A DNA stretch of 64,000 nt from Caulobacteraceae bacterium. Its GTDB lineage: Bacteria; Pseudomonadota; Alphaproteobacteria; Caulobacterales; Caulobacteraceae. Positions within the stretch are counted from its first letter, which is position 1. Every line of letters begins with the position of its first letter. A model generated the notes under the pieces. The model ran no database searches, was not told where the DNA came from, and saw nothing but the letters and a program-made list of their open reading frames with translations. The stretch is from positions 12,992 through 76,991 of the forward strand of contig CANJME010000014.1 in NCBI GenBank assembly GCA_947475875.1. The letters are read 5' to 3'. This document shows positions 52,387-60,713 of this stretch, in pieces. The position numbers were made by a program, and so were the translations under genes.

Positions 52387-53553
52387 ATGCAAGCTGATCG
52401 TGGATATCGCCTGGATCGCCCGGCCATCCGGACGCTTCGGATGCTGGTGCTGGTGTCCTGCGCCGCTTCCCTGACGCTGCCGGCCGGCGGGGTCTCCGCC
52501 CAGCCCTCGGATGTCACTACGGTCTCTCCGCTGACCTCGTCGGGCGTTCCGGTGCCCAACGTCGGTCAACCCGTAAAGATGTACACGGTGGCCGAGATCC
52601 ACCAGATGGGGTCCGAGGCGCTGGCCGAACGCAATGAGATGGAAAACCAGCAGGGAGAACTCTTCAATTGCTATCAGCGCGCTTACGCCTCTCGGCCCAA
52701 CACCACGCGGATGGTGGGCTTTGAAGACAGCGTCACGGCCGCCCGCAAGGTGTCCATCGCCTCCAGCGAAGCTGAGCGGGCGACCGCTGCGGCGGCCCAG
52801 GCGCGTGTCGACGTTGCGGCGGGCAGGACCAACCAGGCCCAGGTCGAACAGGCCGAACTGGATCGCCAGAAGGCGGTGATCGCCCTCCTGAACGCCCAGG
52901 CCGAACTGACCGAGGCGCGCTACAAGGCGATCGACATCCAGAATCTGGCGAAAGATCGCCGACCGCTGGCCGAGTGGGAGTCGGTGATCCGCACCAACGC
53001 CTCCGAGCGCACCAGCCGCAAGAACCCCTTGGTCCCCAAGGCGCTGGAGAGCCTGGCGCTCGCCAACATCAGGATTTTCCAAAGGCAGGATCCGAAAGCC
53101 GGCGCCGTGCTGACGGTCCAGGGCGTCATCCAGAACAACGGCACGGCCAGGGTCGACATTCCCGCCCTGACCATGACCGCCGTCGACCAGTTCCGCTATC
53201 CGCTCAAGTCCGAGACCGTGGCGATGCCCGGCAAGATCGATCCGGGCAAGACGCTCGCCTTCAACTATGACTTCAGGCCCGCGCCGACGGGGGCTGCTTC
53301 GGTGTCCGTTGGTTTCGCCGCGATCCGCGCGAACACCAATCTCGATCCGGTGTCGGCCGATCCCGTATGCCAGGGCGCCGCGCCGCCTGAGCTCAATCCA
53401 CGCACCATGGGCGGCGGCGGCGGTTATGCGGCGGCCAACAGCCGCACCCAGCAGCTCGACGAGCCGCTGACCACCCAGGACGCCAACGGCAACACGATTC
53501 GCGCCACGACCGGGGGCCAGCCGACGACGCCGATGCAGCGACTGGCGCCCTAA
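52387..53553 (+). CDS. Hypothetical exported protein (coiled-coil region plus beta-rich C-terminal domain)
   Basis: ATG at 52387 follows AAGGA. Signal-like LVLVSCAASLTLPAGGVSAQ. The C-terminal block VLTVQGVIQNNGTARVDIPALTMTAVD...KTLAFNYDF resembles DUF3426-type domains, but that assignment is tentative. Confidence 0.55.
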   Translation: MQADRGYRLDRPAIRTLRMLVLVSCAASLTLPAGGVSAQPSDVTTVSPLTSSGVPVPNVGQPVKMYTVAEIHQMGSEALAERNEMENQQGELFNCYQRAYASRPNTTRMVGFEDSVTAARKVSIASSEAERATAAAAQARVDVAAGRTNQAQVEQAELDRQKAVIALLNAQAELTEARYKAIDIQNLAKDRRPLAEWESVIRTNASERTSRKNPLVPKALESLALANIRIFQRQDPKAGAVLTVQGVIQNNGTARVDIPALTMTAVDQFRYPLKSETVAMPGKIDPGKTLAFNYDFRPAPTGAASVSVGFAAIRANTNLDPVSADPVCQGAAPPELNPRTMGGGGGYAAANSRTQQLDEPLTTQDANGNTIRATTGGQPTTPMQRLAP

Positions 53554-53563
53554 AATAAAAAGC

Positions 53564-54382
53564 CTAGAGCGGCACGGTCTGTTTCAGACGACCGCCGATC
53601 CTGATCGGTTCGATCCGCGTGGCCAGGCCTGTCGCATCGTCGGTCTCGACATAGACCCCGCACACCGTCGCCGGGCCTGTGGCCGGCTGATAGCGGCCGC
53701 CCGAGATGCGGGTGGTGAAGCGGCGCAGCGGCTCTTCCTTGTCGTTGCCGATGACGCTGTCGTAGTCGCAACAGGCGCCGGCGTCGGTCTGATAGGCGGT
53801 GCCGCCGTTGAGGATTTGCGCATCGGCGGTGGGCACATGGCTGTGGGTGCCAACGACCAGGCTCGCCCGCCCGTCGCAGAAGTGGCCCATGGCCATTTTT
53901 TCGGATGTTGCCTCCGCGTGGATGTCGACGATCACCGCGTCGGCCACATCGCGCAGCGGCGTGGCCTCCAGGATGCGGTCCACCGACGCGAACGGATCGT
54001 CCAGCGCGTCCATGAACACCCGGCCCAACAGATTGATCACCAGCACCCGCTTGCCCGACGCTGTCTCAAAAAGATTTGAGCCCCGGCCCGGCGCGGCGGC
54101 CAGGACCGGATAATTGGCCGGCCGGATCAGCCTGGGCTCGCGGACGATATAGGTCAGGGCTTCCTTCTGGTCCCAGCTGTGGTTGCCGAGGGTCAGGCAG
54201 TCGGCGCCGGCGGCGAACAGGTCCTTGGCCGTGTTCTCGGTAATGCCAAAGCCATTGGCGGCGTTCTCGGCGTTGACGGTCACGAAATCCAGCGCCAGGT
54301 CACGCTTCAGTTTCGGAAGATGCTCGGACAGGCCATCGCGGCCGGAGCGGCCGACAATATCGCCAAAAAACGCCAGTTTCAT
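53564..54382 (-). CDS. YmdB-like (TIGR00282) metallophosphoesterase
   Basis: MKLAFFGDIVGRSGR start, VNAENAANGFG and GNHSWD motifs. Confidence 0.85.
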   Translation of the reverse strand: MKLAFFGDIVGRSGRDGLSEHLPKLKRDLALDFVTVNAENAANGFGITENTAKDLFAAGADCLTLGNHSWDQKEALTYIVREPRLIRPANYPVLAAAPGRGSNLFETASGKRVLVINLLGRVFMDALDDPFASVDRILEATPLRDVADAVIVDIHAEATSEKMAMGHFCDGRASLVVGTHSHVPTADAQILNGGTAYQTDAGACCDYDSVIGNDKEEPLRRFTTRISGGRYQPATGPATVCGVYVETDDATGLATRIEPIRIGGRLKQTVPL

Positions 54383-54972
54383 GAAAACGGCCTATAGCCG
54401 GTTTCCGTCAGGATGGCGTCAAGTCTCTGGTCGTGGTCATAGACCGGCACGTGGTCGACCTCCTGGCCGTTGAAGGCCAGGCCGACATAGACCGGTGGGC
54501 GGGGGCCGGCGCGCAGGGCCTCCAGGGTGCGGTCGTAGTAGCCGCCGCCCTGCCCCAGGCGGTTGCCGACGTGGTCAAAGGCCAGCACCGGCGCGACGAT
54601 GATATCGGGCTTCAGCTCCGGGGCGGAATCCAGCGGGGCGGCGATATTCATCACATCCGGGATCAGCCGGTCGCCGGGCGCCCAGGCTCGGAAGACGACG
54701 GCTTGGTCGATCTCCCGACAGACCGGCAGCGCCAGGCGCCAGCCCAGTGCCGCCAGATTGTCGGCAAGGGGGCGGGGATCCATCTCGTTGCCGGAAGCGC
54801 GGTAGACGGCGATCACGCCGGGCCGGGAATACTTCAGCCTAGCCAGCATGTCGGGGCCATGGTCGCCCGCCTGCCAGTCGGCCTCGGGATGCTCGCGGAC
54901 CAGTTCGCGCCTTTTGGCCCGCATGTGGATGCGCAAAGCAGCCTTGGCGGTGTTTTCAGCAGCTTCGGTCAT
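54379..54972 (-). CDS. 5-formyltetrahydrofolate cyclo-ligase
   Basis: GQGGGYYDRTL motif, correct size, and the conserved position next to zapA/6S RNA. Confidence 0.8.
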   Translation of the reverse strand: MTEAAENTAKAALRIHMRAKRRELVREHPEADWQAGDHGPDMLARLKYSRPGVIAVYRASGNEMDPRPLADNLAALGWRLALPVCREIDQAVVFRAWAPGDRLIPDVMNIAAPLDSAPELKPDIIVAPVLAFDHVGNRLGQGGGYYDRTLEALRAGPRPPVYVGLAFNGQEVDHVPVYDHDQRLDAILTETGYRPFS

Positions 54973-54995
54973 TAAGCCAGTAGGAAGAGAAAAAA

Positions 54996-55175
54996 GTGGC
55001 GGCGCCGCAAGGACCGTTGGGGACGGTTCAATCCCCTCTGACCTGGAGTACCAGGTGGGCGCCGTGTGTCCTGGACCACGGTCCAGGCCAGGGACAGCTC
55101 CCTAGAGCGAATTTAGGTCTGAAGGATATGGTTGCCTTCAACGAGAACCGCAGCAAGACCCGCCGGGAACCAAGG
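54996..55175 (-). ncRNA. ssrS: Candidate 6S RNA
   Basis: Sits between zapA and the 5-FCL gene on the same strand, the classic zapA-ssrS-ygfA synteny. The minus-strand sequence has complementary ends (GGCGG/CCGCC, GCGGTTC/GAACCGT) and an A/U-rich internal stretch (CATATCCTTCAGACCTAAATTCGC). It has an apical hairpin CCTGGA-CCGTGG-TCCAGG and a 3'-side hairpin ACCTGG-TACT-CCAGGT, and ends before a TTTTTT run. The exact ends are uncertain. Confidence 0.5.
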
Positions 55176-55213
55176 TAGGGCGTGGGGATGCGGGGTGCAA
55201 GCGGGGCCTGTCT

Positions 55214-55339
55214 TTTCCCTCCCACTTGTCGGGAGGGTGAATCGTCGCGCAGCGGCGAGACGGGTGGGCGAGGCGGATAGGGACAGTTGACCACCCTGGC
55301 GGCTTCGCCGCCCGTCCCTCCCGACAAGCGGGAGGGAAA
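55214..55339. repeat. ~126-bp palindromic (MITE/REP-like) element with hairpin-forming terminal inverted repeats
   Basis: TTTCCCTCCCACTTGTCGGGAGGG (55214-55237) is the reverse complement of CCCTCCCGACAAGCGGGAGGGAAA (55316-55339) with one mismatch. Inner arms also pair (gacgggtgggcgaggc with gcttcgccgcccgtc). Confidence 0.6.
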
Positions 55340-55345
55340 GAGGCC

Positions 55346-55672
55346 CTATCCTGCCGTCAGCCCCTCGAGCCGCTCGGCCGCCGCATCAAGCGCTGTGACC
55401 GCGCGGGCCTCGCTCCGTGCATAGTCGGACTGCACACGGGCCAGGTCGTTCTGGGCATGCGCCAGCCTGGCGCGGGCATCAGCCAATTCGTCGGACAAGA
55501 GCAGCGCGCCCATCAGCATCAGCCGGGTCTCGCCCAGGGCGCCCACTTCGTCGGCGACGATCCTGACCTGCTTGTCGAACAGGGCGGCCAGTTCCCGCAC
55601 CCGGCCCTCCTGACCGTTCTCGCAGCCGACCGTATAGGGCTTGCCGTTGATCTCGACGGTGACCTGGGCCAT
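55346..55672 (-). CDS. zapA: Cell division protein ZapA
   Basis: MAQVTVEINGKPYTVGCENGQE start and LMLMGALLLSDEL are typical of ZapA. Confidence 0.85.
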   Translation of the reverse strand: MAQVTVEINGKPYTVGCENGQEGRVRELAALFDKQVRIVADEVGALGETRLMLMGALLLSDELADARARLAHAQNDLARVQSDYARSEARAVTALDAAAERLEGLTAG

Positions 55673-55935
55673 CAGGCGGCTCCCTTCTCGGCGAGCGCGG
55701 CCTTGATCTCGGAGATCGCCCGGCCCAGCGCCTGCGAGGCCTGGGCGCCAGCCTCGGCAAGTTCCCGCTCGCGAGCGCGGGCGGCGTCCAGTTCGGCGGC
55801 CAGTTTCGAGCGGTCCTCGTCGAAGAGTCCGCCGGCGTCGGCCTCGCCGTTCAGGCGCGACAGGCGTTTTTCGAGAGCGACGACCGCGCGTTCAAGCCGC
55901 CTTGCCGCCTTTTCGATGGAGTCTTCGTCCGCCAT
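55672..55935 (-). CDS. Coiled-coil DUF4164-type protein (ZauP-like ZapA partner)
   Basis: 87-aa all-helical protein directly upstream of zapA and overlapping it by 1 nt. That is the position occupied by zauP in Caulobacter crescentus, as I recall it. Confidence 0.6.
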   Translation of the reverse strand: MADEDSIEKAARRLERAVVALEKRLSRLNGEADAGGLFDEDRSKLAAELDAARARERELAEAGAQASQALGRAISEIKAALAEKGAA

Positions 55936-56097
55936 GGGAAAGTGCGCTCCGGGAAAGTCCAGACTACTCTATATCCCGCCTGCGGACGCTTTCAACGCGC
56001 AAGGCGAACTATCCCCGCGACACCCCAGGCGCTTGATTTGGCGCCGCCCGCATGCGAGGCCGCGCGCATCCTCGCGACTCGCTCTAGAGCATCCAAC

Positions 56098-58062
56098 ATG
56101 CCTGTCTCCCCGACCGTCCTCGCCGACGCCATTCGCGTGCTCTCCATGGACGCGGTGCACCGCGCCAAGTCCGGCCACCAGGGCATGCCCATGGGTATGG
56201 CCGATGTGGCGACCGTGCTCTGGACCAAGTTCCTCAAGTACGACGCTGCAAAGCCCGACTGGGCCGACCGCGACCGTTTCGTGCTCTCGGCCGGTCACGG
56301 CTCGATGCTGCTTTACAGCCTGCTCCACCTGACCGGCTTCAAGGCCGTGACCATGGAGCAGATCAAGAACTTCCGGCAGTGGGGCTCCAACACACCCGGC
56401 CACCCGGAATACGGCCACACGCCGGGCGTTGAGACCACCACCGGCCCGCTGGGTCAGGGCCTGGCCACGGCGGTCGGCATGGCCATGGCCGAGGCGCACC
56501 TTGCCGCCCGGTTCGGCGGGGACCTCGTCGATCACCGCACCTGGGTCATCGCCGGCGACGGCTGTCTGATGGAAGGCGTTTCCCACGAGGCCATTTCGCT
56601 GGCCGGGCGCCTGCGCCTGTCGAAACTGACCGTCCTCTTCGACGACAACGACACCACCATCGACGGCAAGGCCACCATCTCCGAAACCGGTGATCAGGTC
56701 GCCCGCTTCAAGGCGGCCGGCTGGGCGGTGAAGTCCGTCGACGGCCACAACCACGGCAAGATCGCCGCCGCCCTGCGCTGGGCCACCAAGCAAAACCGCC
56801 CGACCATGATCGCCTGCAAGACCCTGATCTCGAAGGGCGCCGGTCCGAAAGAAGGCGACGCCCACAGCCACGGCTATTCCCTGTTCGACGACGAGATCGC
56901 CGCGGCGCGGAAGGCCATGGGCTGGAAGGCCGAGCCCTTCGTCGTGCCCGAAGACATCGCCGCCGCCTGGTCAAAGGCCGGGCGCAAGGGCGGCAGGGCC
57001 CGCCGCAAGTGGGAAGCCCGCCTCAAGACCTCGGACCATCACGCCGCTTTCCGCCGGGCCATCAAGGGCGACATCCCCGAGAGCGCCTATGCAGGTCTTG
57101 AGGCCCACATCGCAAAGATGCTGGCCGATGCGCCCAACAACGGCACTCGTAACCATTCGGGCGCGGCTCTGGGCCCCCTGACGGCGGCGATCCCCGAGAT
57201 GGTTGGCGGCTCGGCCGATCTGACCGGGTCGAACAACACCTATGTAACCGGCATGAAGCCCTTCGATCATCCCGACTACGCCGGCCGCTATGTGCACTAC
57301 GGCGTGCGCGAGTTCGGCATGGCCGCGGCCATGAACGGCATGGCCCTGCACGGCGGCGTCATTCCCTATTCCGGCACCTTCTTCGTCTTTTCCGACTACA
57401 GCCGCCCGGCCATCCGCCTCGGCGCCCTGATGGGCATCCGCGTCATCCACGTCATGACCCACGACAGCGTCGGCGTTGGCGAGGACGGGCCCACCCACCA
57501 GCCGGTCGAACACCTGGCGAGCTTGCGCGCCATGCCGAACCTGCTGGTCTTCCGCCCCGCTGACGCGGTCGAAGCCGCCGAATGCTGGCGCGCGGCGCTC
57601 AAAGCCACGACCTCGCCCTCGATCATGGCCCTCTCGCGCCAGAAGACACCAGCTGTCCGCGCCAAGGGCGGCGACCTGTCGGCCAAGGGCGCCTACGAAC
57701 TCGCCCCCGCCACCGGCAAGGCCCAGGTCACCCTCTTCGCCTCCGGCACCGAAGTCGCCATCGCGGTGGCCGCCCGCGACAAGCTGCAGGCCGAAGGGAT
57801 CGGAACCCGCGTGGTCTCAACGCCCTGCTGGGAGCTGTTCGAAGCCCAGAGCGCCAAGTACCAGGCCGCCGTCATCGGTGACGCCCCGGTCCGCGTCGCG
57901 GTCGAGGCCGGCGTGCGCCAGGGCTGGGACCGCTTCATCGGCGAGCACGGCCGTTTCGTCGGCATGACCGGCTTTGGGGCTTCCGCCCCCTATGAGCGGC
58001 TCTACAAGGAATTCGGCCTCACAGCCGAGGCCGTGGTCGAGGCGGCGAAAGCCGCGCAGTGA
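56098..58062 (+). CDS. tkt: Transketolase
   Basis: HRAKSGHQGMPMGMA ThDP motif and full length. ATG at 56098 (MPVSPTVLADAIR). Confidence 0.95.
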   Translation: MPVSPTVLADAIRVLSMDAVHRAKSGHQGMPMGMADVATVLWTKFLKYDAAKPDWADRDRFVLSAGHGSMLLYSLLHLTGFKAVTMEQIKNFRQWGSNTPGHPEYGHTPGVETTTGPLGQGLATAVGMAMAEAHLAARFGGDLVDHRTWVIAGDGCLMEGVSHEAISLAGRLRLSKLTVLFDDNDTTIDGKATISETGDQVARFKAAGWAVKSVDGHNHGKIAAALRWATKQNRPTMIACKTLISKGAGPKEGDAHSHGYSLFDDEIAAARKAMGWKAEPFVVPEDIAAAWSKAGRKGGRARRKWEARLKTSDHHAAFRRAIKGDIPESAYAGLEAHIAKMLADAPNNGTRNHSGAALGPLTAAIPEMVGGSADLTGSNNTYVTGMKPFDHPDYAGRYVHYGVREFGMAAAMNGMALHGGVIPYSGTFFVFSDYSRPAIRLGALMGIRVIHVMTHDSVGVGEDGPTHQPVEHLASLRAMPNLLVFRPADAVEAAECWRAALKATTSPSIMALSRQKTPAVRAKGGDLSAKGAYELAPATGKAQVTLFASGTEVAIAVAARDKLQAEGIGTRVVSTPCWELFEAQSAKYQAAVIGDAPVRVAVEAGVRQGWDRFIGEHGRFVGMTGFGASAPYERLYKEFGLTAEAVVEAAKAAQ

Positions 58063-58141
58063 CGGGGACTGGATACGCGCAGCGGTTCCTGTCCCCTAAC
58101 TTTTTCCTAAGCTAGGGGACGCGAACCGGCCGCTGGCCGGA

Positions 58142-58726
58142 TTACGTCCCCCTGGTCCCGCCCGGTTTCCAGAGCACTTCGTCCGCGCCCTTGCCGTTGG
58201 CCCAGCGGGCGGCGACGAACAGGAAGTCGGATAGCCGGTTTAAATATTTCATCGCCGCCACCGAGACGATCTCGCCCTTCTTGCGGCTCAAGGACACCGC
58301 GATCCGCTCGGCCCGGCGTGAGACCGTGCAGGCGTGATGCAGATGGGCGGCGGCCGGCGTGCCGCCTCGCAGAATGAACGAGGTCAGCGGCGAGAGCTCG
58401 GCATTCAGCTGGTCGATCTCGGCTTCCAGCCGTTCGACCTGGCTTTCCAGAATACGCAGCGGCTCCCAGCCGAGCGGCTTGCCCCGGTCGGGCGTCGCCA
58501 GATCGGCGCCGAGGTCGAACAGTTCGTTCTGGATGCGCGCCAGCATGGCGTCGAGCACCGCATCGCCGTCTGTGTGCAGTCGCGCCAGTCCGAGGCACGC
58601 ATTGGTCTCGTCCACCACGCCATAGGCCTCGACACGCAAGTCGTCCTTGGACACCGGCTCGCCGGTCGACAGCCGGGTTTTGCCGGCATCGCCAGTGCGG
58701 GTGTAGATCTTGTTGAGCGTCACCAC
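58142..58726 (-). CDS. PduO-type ATP:cob(I)alamin adenosyltransferase
   Basis: KIYTRTGDAGKT N-terminal motif and correct size. Confidence 0.9.
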   Translation of the reverse strand: MVTLNKIYTRTGDAGKTRLSTGEPVSKDDLRVEAYGVVDETNACLGLARLHTDGDAVLDAMLARIQNELFDLGADLATPDRGKPLGWEPLRILESQVERLEAEIDQLNAELSPLTSFILRGGTPAAAHLHHACTVSRRAERIAVSLSRKKGEIVSVAAMKYLNRLSDFLFVAARWANGKGADEVLWKPGGTRGT

Positions 58727-58729
58727 GGC

Positions 58730-58927
58730 TTAGCGCCTCGCCCACCAAAAGGCCGCGACCAGCACCAGGATGGCGACGAACTGGGTGAGGACGCGAATGC
58801 GCATCATCCTGTTGGACCAGGAGCGGCCGAAATCGCCGCCGCGGAACAGGGCGAAAAGGCCGACCGCCAGGGCCACCAACACGGCGCCGAGGCTGATGGG
58901 AATCAAAAAGGCGAAAGGTCCGCTCAT
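58730..58927 (-). CDS. Twin-transmembrane-helix small protein (HIG1 domain family)
   Basis: Two TM helices flank FRGGDFGRSWSNRMMRIRVLTQ, the HIG_1_N pattern. The start is ATG at 58927 or GTG at 58936. Confidence 0.65.
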   Translation of the reverse strand: MSGPFAFLIPISLGAVLVALAVGLFALFRGGDFGRSWSNRMMRIRVLTQFVAILVLVAAFWWARR

Positions 58928-59381
58928 GACGGGCACCCTAGCCGGAGGCGGCTTTGGACGCCACCGGCCAAGAACAGTGCAAAAAAGAACTAAACTCGCC
59001 GAACGCGTTCAAATGAATAACAACGACAATTTCGCGAAAAACGATCAACCGCGGAAAAAACATGCGACAAAATGGCGCGGCGTGGATAAAAAGCGACATA
59101 AACTGTCCGCATTCACCCTATATGCGCCACGCAACACCGATGTGCGAATCCCGTTCGTCGAACGGGTTCATCGATGAGCAAGGCCTTGTCCGGCCAGAGC
59201 GCCCTGCCTCGCAACGACGCGAAGGCTGAACCAAACGGCGCCACAAACTCCTGGGAGGAGACGTCCGGACAACGATTCGATTGACCGGCTTAATGCCGCG
59301 CCCGTGGACGTGAAGAGTCCGGGGTCCCGCGGCGTCGACATTTCATCGCGCGAGGAAGCGCACAAAACCAAGAGACGAACG

Positions 59382-60044
59382 ATGACCATGAATCACATTC
59401 CTGCCGCCCTGATGGCCCTGGCCGGCGCGCCCATGACCCGCCGCGGTCTTGCCAAGCTGCGCACCCGCGAGACCCTGCTGGGCGCCGCCAAGCGCCTCAT
59501 CACCGAGCGCGGCTACGAGGACGCCACCGTCCGCGATATCGCCAAGGCGGCCGGCCTGTCGACCGGCGCGGTGTTCGCCAACTTCACCGACAAGTCCGAC
59601 CTGTTCCATCAGGTTCTGTCCGAAGACGCCCGGGTGCTGGCAGAGACCATGCGTCAGGTCGCCGCCCTGCGCGAGGTCGGCGTGCGCGAAAGCCTGCTGA
59701 CCATCCTGGCCTCCGGCTACGCCTTTCATCTGAAACAACTCCCCCTGCTGCAGGCCGCATACGCCGAGAGCTGGCGGCGGGACCCGTCCGGCGAAGCCGC
59801 CGCCCGTGGCTGGACGCGGCAGATCATCGCAATTCTGGAGGGAGTCTTGCGTCAGGCGATTGCAAACGGCGAATTACGTTCAGACATCGACGTGGAACTG
59901 GCGGTCGACCTGATCTGGCGCGCCTATCAGTCCAACTACCGGTTAGCGATCTACGACGGTTTCGATCTTGACGCTCTGACGGGGCGGCTGGAGCGGCAGC
60001 TTGATCTGATTCTGCCGTCGCTGGTTCTTCGCCAGGCGGCCTGA
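59382..60044 (+). CDS. TetR/AcrR family transcriptional regulator
   Basis: HTH block YEDATVRDIAKAAGLSTGAVFANFTDKSDLF. The start is uncertain (59304 GTG, 59382 ATG, or a later ATG). Confidence 0.8.
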   Translation: MTMNHIPAALMALAGAPMTRRGLAKLRTRETLLGAAKRLITERGYEDATVRDIAKAAGLSTGAVFANFTDKSDLFHQVLSEDARVLAETMRQVAALREVGVRESLLTILASGYAFHLKQLPLLQAAYAESWRRDPSGEAAARGWTRQIIAILEGVLRQAIANGELRSDIDVELAVDLIWRAYQSNYRLAIYDGFDLDALTGRLERQLDLILPSLVLRQAA

Positions 60045-60072
60045 CCGGAGTTTCGCGGTCCATTGGGGGTGA

Positions 60073-60690
60073 TTGAGTTTGGCGGGCTTACGAGAAGCGC
60101 AAAAGCTGGCGACGCGCGGCAAGGTGCTGGCCGCCGCGCGTGAGCTGTTTGTCGAGATCGGCTACGACACGGCCACGATCCGCATGATCGCCGAGCGCGC
60201 CGGCGTCGCCACCGGCAGCGTCTTCACCACCTTCCCGTCCAAAGTCTCCATCCTGCGCGCGGTGATGGATGAGCGGCTGGAGAAGCTGTTCCAGGAACTG
60301 GATGCGGTAGCCCCGCACCTTCGCGGGCCAACGGTCGACCGTCTTTGCTCGATCCTGGCGGTCCACTACGACTTCGAAATGCGCCGGCCCAGGCTGTTCA
60401 CCGCGTTTCTCGCGGCCAACTTCGAGTGGCCCGACGGTGAACCGGTCATCACCTTCGGCCGCCAGCCGCGCTTGAACGGAATTTTGCGCGACATCCTCGA
60501 TACCGGCATCGCCAACGGCGACGTGCGGGCCGATGCCGACCTTGATCTCTTTATCGACGTGCTGCTCGCGGCTTACGGGTTCAACTACCGCTTGGCGGCC
60601 CAGGACGGACTCGACTCGACCGAGCTGTCGGCCTTGATGGATCGTCAGATCGCCCTGATATTCAACGGCATCTCGGCCAGGCGGGCTTAG
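60073..60690 (+). CDS. TetR/AcrR family transcriptional regulator (paralogue of 59382..60044)
   Basis: HTH block YDTATIRMIAERAGVATGSVFTTFPSKVSIL. Shares the C-terminal motifs ANG-x-[LV]R-x-D and NYRLA with the upstream TetR. TTG start. Confidence 0.8.
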   Translation: MSLAGLREAQKLATRGKVLAAARELFVEIGYDTATIRMIAERAGVATGSVFTTFPSKVSILRAVMDERLEKLFQELDAVAPHLRGPTVDRLCSILAVHYDFEMRRPRLFTAFLAANFEWPDGEPVITFGRQPRLNGILRDILDTGIANGDVRADADLDLFIDVLLAAYGFNYRLAAQDGLDSTELSALMDRQIALIFNGISARRA

Positions 60691-60713
60691 GCGCTGAGGG
60701 TCTCGCGGCGGCC

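Noticed and set aside
51919-53082. 387-aa minus-strand ORF
   Set aside because: It overlaps ohr out of frame and lies antisense to the 52387 exported-protein gene. Its Arg/Gly-rich composition and lack of any SD or motif argue against it.
55021-55040. tRNA-like T-loop string GGTTCAATCC on the plus strand
   Set aside because: The loop is one nucleotide short of the canonical GGTTCGAATCC geometry. No acceptor, D or anticodon arms can be built around it. It is better explained as part of the minus-strand 6S RNA candidate.
59014-59177. 54-codon Lys/Arg/Asn-rich ORF (MNNNDNFAKNDQPRKKH...) in the A/T-rich spacer
   Set aside because: It has no SD, and its codon usage is unlike the rest of the genome. 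The composition simply reflects the A-rich DNA. It is kept only as part of the intergenic-gap observation.
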